IMG/VR virus record: IMGVR_UViG_3300031994_000061
Coordinates: 21,868-85,867 of that record
Reading direction: 5' to 3' (one strand)
From: a virus
Lineage: Duplodnaviria > Caudoviricetes
Length of the DNA: 64,000 nt
In this document: positions 1 to 9,370 of the stretch, one piece after another
Position numbering within the stretch: the stretch's first letter is position 1
Layout of the letters: every line of letters starts with the position of its first letter
Translations under genes and position numbers: made by a program
Notes under the pieces: model-generated
Told to the model about the DNA's origin: nothing
Seen by the model: the letters and a program-made list of their open reading frames with translations, nothing else
Databases searched by the model: none

Positions 1-2
1 AG

Positions 3-344
3 GTGTTTGATGATTTCCAGGTTCTTGTCCTCAGTCTCAGTCCAACCGACGTATTGGAGAATATCCTTGTCATCAGTGTTAAGGTTGTCGTAGACCTCTT
101 TCAGTTCATTTTCCTTGAGGTCAACCAGTTTATACGTGCATGTGTCGATATGTTCTCCTCTATCATTCTGGTAATAGGAGTAGACAATGAGCACCATGTT
201 GATGTCAAGTGACACTGCGAAATAGGTATCGTAGCCACTTTTATAGTTGTATGTGCCTACGAATTTGGTGGTGGTGAGTTTACCCTTCTTGGAGTTTTTC
301 ATTACCACGTCACCGATTTTGTTGATAAGTTCTTCTTTTTTCAT
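3..344 (-). CDS. hypothetical protein, partial (runs off the window start)
   Basis: ATG at 344, open frame MKKEELINKIGDVVMKNSKK... with no stop before position 1; not in the ORF track because it has no stop. Confidence 0.7.
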   Translation of the reverse strand, partial: MKKEELINKIGDVVMKNSKKGKLTTTKFVGTYNYKSGYDTYFAVSLDINMVLIVYSYYQNDRGEHIDTCTYKLVDLKENELKEVYDNLNTDDKDILQYVGWTETEDKNLEIIKH

Positions 345-348
345 TGTC

Positions 349-699
349 TTATTCGTTATTATTTGTTTGGCTTAGATGTACTGGATTTTGGCATGATGCT
401 GTATGAGTGACAGTTGTTGTCACGCCTCCACGAGAGTCACCAGTGTATGATGTTGTCATAATGTACTCGCATCCGTCATACTTGATGATGTAGACCTTGG
501 TGGTTGCTGTTGACCACTTGTCGATGACTCCAATCTCTGTGAAGAAAGTGGAATCATTGAACTGTACCTTTTCCTTTGCCTTATATGGGCTTAGGGTTTC
601 CTTGTTTGCGTCTTCGCATGATGCTGCTGTAAAGAGTGTAAATGCGAATACTATTACCAACAGTGGCAGGAGGAATGGATTTCTAAAAATCTTTTTCAT
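349..699 (-). CDS. putative lipoprotein
   Basis: N-terminal hydrophobic signal ending in a lipobox-like TAASC, followed by acidic residues. Confidence 0.65.
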   Translation of the reverse strand: MKKIFRNPFLLPLLVIVFAFTLFTAASCEDANKETLSPYKAKEKVQFNDSTFFTEIGVIDKWSTATTKVYIIKYDGCEYIMTTSYTGDSRGGVTTTVTHTASCQNPVHLSQTNNNE

Positions 700-701
700 T
701 G

Positions 702-1730
702 TTATAGCTTTTTTAGTTCATTTATCTTAACCTGTTCAGCCTTTATTTTATTCTTGATGGCAGCTATTGCCAGTTTCTTTGCCTCATCTTTTTCTAGGCA
801 CAGTACGAAGTCGCTGTAGGACTTATGTTCATTATCGCTTCTAAGTGCCACACCAGGGAAGAGTAATTGTCTAACCTTCGTAGCCTTTGCTTCCTGTTTT
901 GTCACATAAAACGAGAAGGAATATCCACAGAAGACAGCACAGATACATTTCTCAAGGTCATATCCAAGGCTTTCCTTGGATACATATTCAGCATTAGTTA
1001 TAGCCTTTAATGTACCAGACTTGGTGTTAACTAGATATACTGGTACTGTAAGTTTCTTGAACGTCTCACCCTTTATAGCGAACTTATACAGGTCTCCGAA
1101 GGTAAGCTTGCTCCTTTCTTTAAACACTGGAGGTTCTCCGCTTAGTTCAACAACATATTTCTTGATGTACTTTTCAAGCTCCTGTCTAGTTAGTTCCCCC
1201 AACTCATCTGGCATATCGATACCATATTCATCAGAAAACACACTTCCACGTTCCACACGTCTTTGTCTCTTCCAGTTTGGTTTTTTAACGAGTTCGCCAA
1301 CACTAACTTCAAGCTTATTGGGTCTGTAATCCTGTGGTGTTGTCTGGTTGGACACATACAAGGACACGTTATTACGTTTCAAGTAAGCATGAATAAGGTT
1401 TCCTGGCTTGCCTTCCTTCTTGTAGAGTGTGAAACCGCATGACTCAAGGAATTTGATAACGTTATTGAATGCGGTATCAAGGTAAACTGGCATGTACTGT
1501 ATGGTGGTTCTAAGTTCTGTCAGTTCCTCGTCTGTGAGGTTATAGTAGTGTTCCTGCTTGAACAGCCTACTGTAGACGTATTCTGGCTTCGCTCCCCATC
1601 TTGACTTGAATGGGCTGTGATATACATAACCGCCACAGTCTTTACCCTTGTACATATGGAGTGGCTGCTCATATGGCAGACTATTCACCCAGTCATATAC
1701 GTTATTGAAGTATGGTACAATATTGCTCAT
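702..1730 (-). CDS. hypothetical protein (342 aa)
   Basis: long ORF in a tightly packed minus-strand gene array. Confidence 0.8.
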   Translation of the reverse strand: MSNIVPYFNNVYDWVNSLPYEQPLHMYKGKDCGGYVYHSPFKSRWGAKPEYVYSRLFKQEHYYNLTDEELTELRTTIQYMPVYLDTAFNNVIKFLESCGFTLYKKEGKPGNLIHAYLKRNNVSLYVSNQTTPQDYRPNKLEVSVGELVKKPNWKRQRRVERGSVFSDEYGIDMPDELGELTRQELEKYIKKYVVELSGEPPVFKERSKLTFGDLYKFAIKGETFKKLTVPVYLVNTKSGTLKAITNAEYVSKESLGYDLEKCICAVFCGYSFSFYVTKQEAKATKVRQLLFPGVALRSDNEHKSYSDFVLCLEKDEAKKLAIAAIKNKIKAEQVKINELKKL

Positions 1731-1811
1731 TTTTGGAAATACAATTTTAAACTATAAGTTGTGTAGTTTGTTAATAACCATCAACAAATTGTCTTAAAAT
1801 ATCAGCTTCTG

Positions 1812-2111
1812 TCATTTTTTTACGTAATCTGGTTTACCTAATTGGATTCTGAATTTCTGTGCGCACTCCTGGCAGAGGAATTGATTACCCTTGTCAGTGA
1901 TAATCAGATACATATAGTCTTCGTCCTTGAAGGGTTTCTCACAGTTGAAACACTTGGTCTGTTTCAAATGCCAAGAGAGGCAATGCTTAACTGCCATGTG
2001 ATGAAAGTCTCCGTAGTTGAATCTAACACCATTCTCTGGTGCTACGTCTTCGACTGTGTATGTAGTGGTAGTGACCTTTACAATCTTTGGGAGTTCGTTA
2101 CAATCTTTCAT
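1812..2111 (-). CDS. hypothetical protein with CxxC...CxxC zinc-finger-like motif
   Basis: CFNC and CQEC motifs. Confidence 0.65.
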   Translation of the reverse strand: MKDCNELPKIVKVTTTTYTVEDVAPENGVRFNYGDFHHMAVKHCLSWHLKQTKCFNCEKPFKDEDYMYLIITDKGNQFLCQECAQKFRIQLGKPDYVKK

Positions 2112-2437
2112 ATGATTTTCTTTTTATTGATTACTTTACCGTCAAATGACTTGTCATAGGGGATTGCTTCTTTCTCATGAATAAAGACAATTCCAGCTGA
2201 TACTGGTATTTCCTCGTCTCCGCTTTCCCACAGTTTCTCGCATAGGTAGTAAGGTGGGTATAGTTTTGTCACCCTAAATTTGGCATTGGGGTGTGTTACT
2301 AGTATTCTGGTAATGCGGGTGTTATTAGGAAATCTCTCATTAATTTCCTTTTTTGTCCTAATTCCAGAGTAGTACACATCCTTTGTATTTTCCATTGAGC
2401 CATCAAAGGAAATCAAGTCACATACTTTATACTTCAT
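2108..2437 (-). CDS. hypothetical protein
   Basis: ORF with a 4-bp overlap to its neighbour. Confidence 0.7.
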   Translation of the reverse strand: MKYKVCDLISFDGSMENTKDVYYSGIRTKKEINERFPNNTRITRILVTHPNAKFRVTKLYPPYYLCEKLWESGDEEIPVSAGIVFIHEKEAIPYDKSFDGKVINKKKII

Positions 2438-2438
2438 G

Positions 2439-2846
2439 TTATTGTATATTTACTTTTTTCATTATAGCCCTATCCTTAAACATCGTAGACACCTCAAACC
2501 CAACGCTTTGATAGAGTTTTATCAGTGCTCCAAGTTCTATACCTCTTCCTGGCTTCGCCACTAGCACCATATTCTTGTTTGAATAGAGTTGTAGGACATA
2601 TTCCAGTATTCTCTTACCGTAGCCCCGTCTTCTGTAGCAGAGTCCAGTGTTAAAGTCCCAGAGTGCCACACATGGTCTCCCATTTGCTGTAAGTTCTGCC
2701 AGCACACCATCGTGTGGGAAGTCGTTTTTAACTTCTTCTACGATGATTGCTGACATAACTTCATTTGTGGACACATTCCTTAGATTAATATTCTTATACC
2801 CAAAGGAACTATTCGTTGTTATTGTGAAATAGAATTCCTCGTTCAT
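2439..2846 (-). CDS. GNAT-family acetyltransferase
   Basis: acetyl-CoA motif RRRGYGKRIL and C-terminal LYQSVGF. Confidence 0.75.
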   Translation of the reverse strand: MNEEFYFTITTNSSFGYKNINLRNVSTNEVMSAIIVEEVKNDFPHDGVLAELTANGRPCVALWDFNTGLCYRRRGYGKRILEYVLQLYSNKNMVLVAKPGRGIELGALIKLYQSVGFEVSTMFKDRAIMKKVNIQ

Positions 2847-3271
2847 TTGAGAAGATTTATCTGTCTGATGGATTCAGAGCAAGCACCGACAAGTTCGTCG
2901 TTGAAGAGTTTCTTTCTGATTAACGCCTTACCCTTTAGACTTGCGCTGTTATAGCCCCTTACAAGCCCCAACATCTTATTGAGTGGCTGTAGGTCAAGGG
3001 AAATCATTTCACGTCTTGTTGGTAATCTGTCAACGCTTATAATGAACTTGTTAGCCCATGCTGGTTGATTTTCAGCTATGTTGGCGTAGATATGCTGTTC
3101 AGCAAACTCCTGGTCACCGAACTTTTCTGCCTTGTTGATGTCATCAGTAAGTTCGAAATCCCAGTACCACATTTTAATACCATCAACCATCTTGGCCTTC
3201 TGCACCATCTTCCTATAGTAGTTGACGGAATTATTTTCTTTTGATACTAATTTAATTACGAAAATTGCCAT
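2843..3271 (-). CDS. hypothetical protein
   Basis: ORF directly downstream of the host-type promoter at 3292-3323. Confidence 0.75.
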   Translation of the reverse strand: MAIFVIKLVSKENNSVNYYRKMVQKAKMVDGIKMWYWDFELTDDINKAEKFGDQEFAEQHIYANIAENQPAWANKFIISVDRLPTRREMISLDLQPLNKMLGLVRGYNSASLKGKALIRKKLFNDELVGACSESIRQINLLK

Positions 3272-3291
3272 AGTCTTATTAATTTTTGGTG

Positions 3292-3323
3292 CAAAGTTAC
3301 AGATTTATCTTGAAATAACCAAG
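3292..3323 (-). promoter_or_regulatory. Bacteroidota primary-sigma promoter (CTTG-N20-TAACTTTG)
   Basis: -7 box at 3292-3299, -33 box at 3320-3323 on the minus strand. Confidence 0.75.
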
Positions 3324-3697
3324 GAAATTAACATTAATACACATTTATTAAAGGTATTTGTTAACTGCCTGGTATCTTTCAAGGTCTCTTTGATATACAT
3401 TATTTTCTCGATGATGTGCCTTTTTGCAAGCATATGACAGTTTTCTTTTGTGTCTGCGCAGAAAACGAATGAGTCTCCAACTATGTTGCAGAAGAAATTA
3501 GGGTTACTATACTCATACAGGATAACTTCATCCTTATTATCCAGTGTGATGAATGTATCGCCATCCATAGTTACCTTGTGAGTAACATTGAAAAGACCTT
3601 CATATTCCTTTACACCTCTCTTGAAGCTTATTACGTATAATTTCTCCATTACCGTAGATATTCGTCCAAACTGTTGTATGATGTATAAATCTTGCAC
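3305..3697 (-). CDS. hypothetical protein
   Basis: ORF track; packed array. Confidence 0.6.
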   Translation of the reverse strand: MQDLYIIQQFGRISTVMEKLYVISFKRGVKEYEGLFNVTHKVTMDGDTFITLDNKDEVILYEYSNPNFFCNIVGDSFVFCADTKENCHMLAKRHIIEKIMYIKETLKDTRQLTNTFNKCVLMLISLVISR

Positions 3698-3918
3698 AGA
3701 CCATCAAGTCCGACAACAACATAGAAGAAGCTATAGTTAGCTATATAGTTCATGAAGTTGTTACACTCATTATAACTCCCAACATCAAACGTAGTAACGC
3801 TATCATAAGTTGAGTTCATGGTTAGTTCGATACGATAGCCACCGTTTTCGTATGGTGCTATTTCATACTTGTTGATGGTATCTGTCCTAAACCTTATTAC
3901 TTTCTCACACTTTTTCAT
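3649..3918 (-). CDS. hypothetical protein
   Basis: ORF track; 4-bp overlap with the upstream gene. Confidence 0.6.
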   Translation of the reverse strand: MKKCEKVIRFRTDTINKYEIAPYENGGYRIELTMNSTYDSVTTFDVGSYNECNNFMNYIANYSFFYVVVGLDGLCKIYTSYNSLDEYLR

Positions 3919-4205
3919 CTTTCAGCTGCTATAATTTTAATAACCTTTTCATCTATGATAGAATCCATGATTTGTATGAATCTCTCCTCACATTTCTTGC
4001 ACTCATGGTCTTCCATTGGACCTGTGTTGTCGAAAAAGTACGTATGACCATTTATTGTGTCAACCGTATATGAATACCCAATATCAGATTTGATATGAGT
4101 AGTAGTAGACTTACTACCTTCGTGTAAAATAATAAGCACTACCACCGTCATAATCATGACAACACAGAATATGAATAGTATTGTTGGTGCGTTTGATTTA
4201 CTCAT
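3915..4205 (-). CDS. membrane-anchored hypothetical protein
   Basis: N-terminal hydrophobic segment ILFIFCVVMIMTVVVLIIL. Confidence 0.7.
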   Translation of the reverse strand: MSKSNAPTILFIFCVVMIMTVVVLIILHEGSKSTTTHIKSDIGYSYTVDTINGHTYFFDNTGPMEDHECKKCEERFIQIMDSIIDEKVIKIIAAER

Positions 4206-4654
4206 AATTGTTTTTCTTTAACTTCAATATACAAATGTTTAGGATACCTTCCAAGTACAAACAGTGTTACTGGGCATATCCAGAATTTCTCGTTTGGATA
4301 CAGTTCGTTGTAGTAGTTTCTACCCCAGATGAATCTATCTTTGATATTCCACTCCTCTGGAAAGTCTTCACCTACAAAGTGGTCATACTTACCATTACCG
4401 CATCTAATTGGTTTTCTACTGGCTATGACGTTCACAACAGCAGTCTTGCCACCATCTGTAGAGTAGTGGTCGCAGAGTGTATCAGCACCAGATACCATTT
4501 CAAGGTTTCCGTGCTCAAATCCCCAGCCCCTAAAGGCATAGTACCATCTTCTTACACCAGAATCTTCCTCACAGACGAACTTGAGTCTGTAGTGTTTCCT
4601 GCGAACAAGGAAGTTACACAGGAGAACCAGGATTGTATAAATTTTCTTAATCAT
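4202..4654 (-). CDS. DUF6717-like conserved phage/bacterial protein
   Basis: motifs LEMVSGADTLCD and WICPVTLFVLGRYPKHLYI, recalled from that family. Confidence 0.55.
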   Translation of the reverse strand: MIKKIYTILVLLCNFLVRRKHYRLKFVCEEDSGVRRWYYAFRGWGFEHGNLEMVSGADTLCDHYSTDGGKTAVVNVIASRKPIRCGNGKYDHFVGEDFPEEWNIKDRFIWGRNYYNELYPNEKFWICPVTLFVLGRYPKHLYIEVKEKQL

Positions 4655-5069
4655 TTTTTTGTTTCTCGAAATTATATTTTCTATTTACTGAACTAGTAAC
4701 CAGTCCAAGTGAGAATTGCATCATAGTAAGTTTCTTCATGGCATCCTTAATGGTTGTTCCATGACCAGTAAGAGTTCCGTGCTTGAGAATTATTTCAAGT
4801 TTCTCATGCATATCTTTCATATCCCTTATAATATCCTTGAGATAATAGTAGTCATCACGTTTACCGAAGTGCATTATATAGTGTCTATCAAACTGATACT
4901 GTATTTTCTCAGAGAATTCTTTAGCTTCATTACTGTCTGGTTCAACCTTATAGGTATATTCAAACCAGTCCAGAGCATCAAAATACCATGAATCTGAAGT
5001 ACTGTCAAGAAACTCTTTCGTGAAGACTCTCTCAGCGTATTCTCTTGCTATGTTAACAATTGGTTTCAT
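4647..5069 (-). CDS. hypothetical protein
   Basis: ORF track; overlapping start/stop with neighbours. Confidence 0.7.
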   Translation of the reverse strand: MKPIVNIAREYAERVFTKEFLDSTSDSWYFDALDWFEYTYKVEPDSNEAKEFSEKIQYQFDRHYIMHFGKRDDYYYLKDIIRDMKDMHEKLEIILKHGTLTGHGTTIKDAMKKLTMMQFSLGLVTSSVNRKYNFEKQKND

Positions 5070-5500
5070 AGTTCTTTCTGTAATCTCTTAAGAATTTCTA
5101 CATGCAAATCCATAAGGCTGTTGAATGTCTCAAGCTTCTTCTTGGTATATTTTGCCTCTTCCCTAGTATACAACTTAAATCTCCCATCAATCTCCTTCTG
5201 TGCTTCAGTAGCAGCCTCAATAAAGGTTGTATATATACCGTGAGAGTGGGTCATACATTCGTCACCACGATAGTACTGGTCAATGACATACTCGCCAGCA
5301 GGTTCTAGAGAATTTGGTACTTTCTCCTTGATAATAATAGCCTCCCTGGAGTAGATATGACGTTTAATGTCTGGACCATTCGTAATGACTTCCTTTACAG
5401 TAATATCTACGATTGAGATTTCTTTTCCATTGTGGCTATAGGCGATGCAATAGAGGGTATCACCAGGTTTTACCTCATTTAATTTCTTAATATTTTCCAT
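5066..5500 (-). CDS. hypothetical protein
   Basis: ORF downstream of the promoter at 5521-5552. Confidence 0.75.
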   Translation of the reverse strand: MENIKKLNEVKPGDTLYCIAYSHNGKEISIVDITVKEVITNGPDIKRHIYSREAIIIKEKVPNSLEPAGEYVIDQYYRGDECMTHSHGIYTTFIEAATEAQKEIDGRFKLYTREEAKYTKKKLETFNSLMDLHVEILKRLQKEL

Positions 5501-5520
5501 ACTTCACTAAATTTTTGCGG

Positions 5521-5570
5521 CAAAGTTACAGAAAAAAATCGGAATATACAAATAATACTCCGATTTTTAA
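5521..5570 (-). promoter_or_regulatory. Bacteroidota promoter (TTTG-N20-TAACTTTG) overlapping an intrinsic terminator
   Basis: -7 box 5521-5528, -33 box 5549-5552 inside the loop of hairpin AAAAATCGGAGTAT/ATATTCCGATTTTT. Confidence 0.8.
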
Positions 5571-5576
5571 CATTCT

Positions 5577-6029
5577 TTAAACTAAAGCTGCATTAGCGAA
5601 TTCTTCTTCTGACATTACATCTTCTTCCTCGCTAACATCCACCGAAAGTAGTTCTATCATCGAGTTGTTGAGATAAGCATCACATTCCCTGCACCGTTTC
5701 TCAATTGCTCTGAGACTGGTTCTACGCTCATTAATAGCTGCATTAGCAGCTCTAACACACTCAGCCTTTGTCAGTGCATACACATCAATTGAGAGTGAGA
5801 TTTCATCTTCGTCTCTTTCGTTAATGTGGTAACTCATTGATTTCCTTGGGTTGATTGCCGTAATATTGTCTGATAGGTTTACGGTAACACTAGTTGGGTA
5901 TCGTATGATGCTTTCAGCCTTTAACTCTCTGATTACCATCCCTTTCGGAAATTCATAGGGTTGTGAGTCTCTTATTGAGATTAAGTAGACTTTATCATTC
6001 ACCCTAACATCGTCAAATATCTTTATCAT
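5577..6029 (-). CDS. hypothetical protein
   Basis: ORF track. Confidence 0.75.
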   Translation of the reverse strand: MIKIFDDVRVNDKVYLISIRDSQPYEFPKGMVIRELKAESIIRYPTSVTVNLSDNITAINPRKSMSYHINERDEDEISLSIDVYALTKAECVRAANAAINERRTSLRAIEKRCRECDAYLNNSMIELLSVDVSEEEDVMSEEEFANAALV

Positions 6030-6427
6030 TGTTCTAAAGGAATTAATTTTTTCTCTTTAAAGTCCCAAGTCTTCCCTATTTCCTTAAGTTTATTTAAAAG
6101 CAGGGCTATTTCTGAGTTATTTGCAAAATATGTATCATATCCGTCTCCCATCATTATTGAATCATTGATATTTCTTTCTAGGTTTCCACGACTATCAATG
6201 AAATTCCACCATGAATCAACACATATGTATTTTCCTCTGGTGAAAAAGTCATTATCACCATCATAAAAACTACTGAAAATTTCCACAATCATTAATCCAC
6301 GACCATCATATCTTGCAAGGAAATCTCCTTGTTTTGGGAAGTTAGCCAAATCGCCAGATTCTATAATTGACTTAATTTTTTTTCTACTTCCCTTCTCATA
6401 TTTGTAACTGTCAAACACACTACTCAT
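6026..6427 (-). CDS. hypothetical protein
   Basis: ORF track; 4-bp overlaps. Confidence 0.7.
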   Translation of the reverse strand: MSSVFDSYKYEKGSRKKIKSIIESGDLANFPKQGDFLARYDGRGLMIVEIFSSFYDGDNDFFTRGKYICVDSWWNFIDSRGNLERNINDSIMMGDGYDTYFANNSEIALLLNKLKEIGKTWDFKEKKLIPLEQ

Positions 6428-7080
6428 ATCTTCAATAACTTAGCTTGTTTCCAATTTCTTGTCCAATGTTCATCAGTTTGTACATGATTAGCCCTAACAT
6501 ATTTACAGACGTAGTGTGGGAAGTAATCTAAGGCAAAGGAGTCAGTAATCCTCATAACTATGCCCTCCTTTTCCTTTCCATAGGTTGATGGTTGGGTCAT
6601 GAGGTCTTTGATAATTTCCTCAATCTGTCTCTCAGATTCTGCCTTACACACACATAATTCTGGTACATGTGGTACTTCAAGGATAAATGATAGTTCAACG
6701 ATTTCATCCCATGAATACCATCTTTCCTCATTGTGTGCTGCAAATAGGTGGAAATAGTTAAGGAGTTTATCGTATATAATCGAGTGCTCCCCAAACAGGT
6801 TTTCCCCGAAAAATTCCTCATTAAGCCCTATGAGTCCTCTAACTTTCCAGTATAACCCATCATTATCCCACAAGTTTCTTGACCAGGGACTTCTTGTTTC
6901 TGCTGAATGTGAACGGGCATAGACACCCTGTCGGCAGAGGCATGTATTTTCTCCGTCGAGTTTTTCGGTGAATACTATTGTCTTCCCACGATAGAAATCG
7001 AACCACCCATCTTTCAGTTTCTTATCATCCTTCGTTGCCCCTGGTGAGAACGGTAGATGATATGTCCTTGGATATTTCAT
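6424..7080 (-). CDS. ATP-dependent RNA ligase family protein
   Basis: KYPRTYHLPFSPG N-terminus, motif I TEKLDGEN, GENL, EGIV and C-terminal KYVR. Confidence 0.85.
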   Translation of the reverse strand: MKYPRTYHLPFSPGATKDDKKLKDGWFDFYRGKTIVFTEKLDGENTCLCRQGVYARSHSAETRSPWSRNLWDNDGLYWKVRGLIGLNEEFFGENLFGEHSIIYDKLLNYFHLFAAHNEERWYSWDEIVELSFILEVPHVPELCVCKAESERQIEEIIKDLMTQPSTYGKEKEGIVMRITDSFALDYFPHYVCKYVRANHVQTDEHWTRNWKQAKLLKI

Positions 7081-7081
7081 A

Positions 7082-7573
7082 TTATAAAAGTTCTTTACAT
7101 TTCTTCATCAGATATTCATACAATTTAGGAACTCTTGACTCTGATATATCTGCAATCTTTGAGTTGAAAATGCCACCGAACGGAAACACTATTCTTTCAT
7201 ATTTGTTCATATCAGTTTTTATATGCTGAAAGTCAGCATCAATTACTTTCTTGAACTCTTCCAGGTCTTCATCATTCCAGCGTCCATAAATACCCTTATG
7301 CTGACTGTTATACCATCGTTGGGTAGTTATAGGGTAGGCATTATCAAGTCCTCTTATACAGGCTGATGTGACCTTTGGAAAGTGTTTTCCGACACCATAC
7401 CACCTACAATACCAGTTGCTGTATGGTATTACACCTTTACCACTATCTCTATCCGTATTGTCTGTAAAGATGTACATGGATTTGTAGTCCTTCGCAACCT
7501 CTTCACGGTTATAGAACTGCTCCGCTCTCACTATCTTCATTGGTAGTTGCTTTTTCAGTTTTACCCTTCTCAA
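7082..7573 (-). CDS. conserved phage protein (possibly macro-domain-like)
   Basis: YIFTDN...SACIRGLDNAYPITT...IVFP pattern; fold assignment tentative. Confidence 0.5.
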   Translation of the reverse strand: MRRVKLKKQLPMKIVRAEQFYNREEVAKDYKSMYIFTDNTDRDSGKGVIPYSNWYCRWYGVGKHFPKVTSACIRGLDNAYPITTQRWYNSQHKGIYGRWNDEDLEEFKKVIDADFQHIKTDMNKYERIVFPFGGIFNSKIADISESRVPKLYEYLMKKCKELL

Positions 7574-7766
7574 TACAGAAGTTTATAAGTCCCCTCGTAT
7601 TTTCAAGTATTGTCATCACAATAAACCACAATCCTATAATGGTATTGAAGGCTGGTATGAAAACCATAATAGCCTCAGCAGTGCTGACCTTGTTCTTTTC
7701 TCTTATGAACTCAGCAATGGAAAGTGCTGCACTTACAATGTATACTATTACAAAAATCCAAACCAT
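7509..7766 (-). CDS. small two-TM membrane protein
   Basis: two hydrophobic segments. Confidence 0.55.
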   Translation of the reverse strand: MVWIFVIVYIVSAALSIAEFIREKNKVSTAEAIMVFIPAFNTIIGLWFIVMTILENTRGLINFCIEKGKTEKATTNEDSESGAVL

Positions 7767-7767
7767 A

Positions 7768-8106
7768 TTATTTTCCCCATTTATTAATTATTTCACTATC
7801 AACACATATCTTGAATTCATCATCCGTCAACCAGTCAACTTTATCTGGTCTTGGGTATTCTGTAACCCCCATGAGTTCATAACACCTCTTTGGGGTTATT
7901 ATGCCTTTTTCAGCTTGTAGGTGATGTATTTCACAGAGTGAAGCACCATTATCGAGATAATACCCACCATCAGTCCATAGCTTCCTGTCCATGATGTGAT
8001 GAGCATCTACAGCAGGTAAGCCACAGCCAGGAACACAGCATTTACCACTAGTTTTGGCAAACACTTGTTTCTTGAACTCTTCCCTCGTTAATAGCGTCCT
8101 CGACAT
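7768..8106 (-). CDS. HNH endonuclease family protein
   Basis: CCVPGC...AHHI...DNGASLCEIHH. Confidence 0.75.
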   Translation of the reverse strand: MSRTLLTREEFKKQVFAKTSGKCCVPGCGLPAVDAHHIMDRKLWTDGGYYLDNGASLCEIHHLQAEKGIITPKRCYELMGVTEYPRPDKVDWLTDDEFKICVDSEIINKWGK

Positions 8107-8266
8107 TTTTATTAAATCTCTCTAGTGCCTTAGCTTCATCACTATTCAGACATTCTTTAATCTGATATACAAGATGAACACATTTAATCTCCTCGTTTAA
8201 GGTAGCTATATGGATACCCATTATTAGGATTATAGCAAATTGTAAAAGTATTATTCTATTCTTCAT
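8048..8266 (-). CDS. small hypothetical protein with N-terminal hydrophobic segment
   Basis: ORF track. Confidence 0.45.
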   Translation of the reverse strand: MKNRIILLQFAIILIMGIHIATLNEEIKCVHLVYQIKECLNSDEAKALERFNKNVEDAINEGRVQETSVCQN

Positions 8267-9369
8267 TCTTGGTTTGTGATTACCACCCTACCATTATTGA
8301 TTATATTGTCAACCATTCTATCAAGCTGACCAGCATTGTTAGCTCCTAGTAGGAATCCATGACCCATCAGATTGATATAGAATGAGTTAACCTCCAAGTC
8401 AACTATAGACGTTATTTCATCAACCTCGTTGACATCACCACAAAGTTTATATTCCTTGGTTGTAAGAGCACCAGGAACATCAATAAGAGCATGTCCATGA
8501 ATCATGAAATTAATGTTAGGCATCCTCTCATATATTCTGAACTGTGCTGGAGAATCAACGGATGGTTTACCAGCACCACCACAGTACATATCACCCTTTG
8601 TATAAAGAACCATATCCTCTGAGGCGATGGACTCCTTATTGGAATTTCTTGGAGACACGAACATGCCTTCCATGTAAGTTCCATAGAGTCTTGCTGAAGG
8701 GAATAGGCTCTGGCATCTTGTGCTGACATTTCCAAAAAACCTATTCCCACAGCTTGTCATGATATGTTTCTGTAGTTTCCTATTAGTTTCAAGGAGTTTA
8801 TCAATGTTATCCTTGTTACTGAGGAAGTACTCACTTACACGATGGAGCATGAAGCCATCCTCCTTATGGGTTGTACGGATTCTCTTAGCACTCTTCGTGA
8901 ATGCAACAAATGACATAATACCAGCAACCAGGAGTGGTATCTCCGTGGTATTACACCACACGTTGCCAAGGGCATCAATGAGTTCGAAATGGTAGTGAGG
9001 TTTTTCTTCGACCAATTCACTTGTTATTGCGATAACGGCATTCCCATGCATCTTGAAGATTCGTGAAATTGCATCCATTTTGGTATAACCATCACGCATT
9101 ACTTTTGAACAAATGAGGATAGTACCAGTTGCCTTCTTAGGATACTGTTTTTCCTCTTCGTTTGCAATATTTGGTATCCAGATTGCAACATCTTCGCTAA
9201 TCTCCTTCGGTAACTCTGCCATAAGTCCACCATTGACAGTCGTTGTCTGAATACACCTTGGGAATGCCCTCATTTCATGAAAGCAATTGGAAATCTTCGT
9301 TATAACGCCAGATGGCTTAACCAACGATTGCTCATTGGCGAAATTACCGCCTACAATTAATACTTTCAT
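8263..9369 (-). CDS. class II aldolase/adducin-domain protein with uncharacterised N-terminal domain
   Basis: GNVSTR, SPRN, KPSVD, IHGHA and GHG metal-binding motifs in the C-terminal half. Confidence 0.7.
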   Translation of the reverse strand: MKVLIVGGNFANEQSLVKPSGVITKISNCFHEMRAFPRCIQTTTVNGGLMAELPKEISEDVAIWIPNIANEEEKQYPKKATGTILICSKVMRDGYTKMDAISRIFKMHGNAVIAITSELVEEKPHYHFELIDALGNVWCNTTEIPLLVAGIMSFVAFTKSAKRIRTTHKEDGFMLHRVSEYFLSNKDNIDKLLETNRKLQKHIMTSCGNRFFGNVSTRCQSLFPSARLYGTYMEGMFVSPRNSNKESIASEDMVLYTKGDMYCGGAGKPSVDSPAQFRIYERMPNINFMIHGHALIDVPGALTTKEYKLCGDVNEVDEITSIVDLEVNSFYINLMGHGFLLGANNAGQLDRMVDNIINNGRVVITNQE

Positions 9370-9370
9370 A

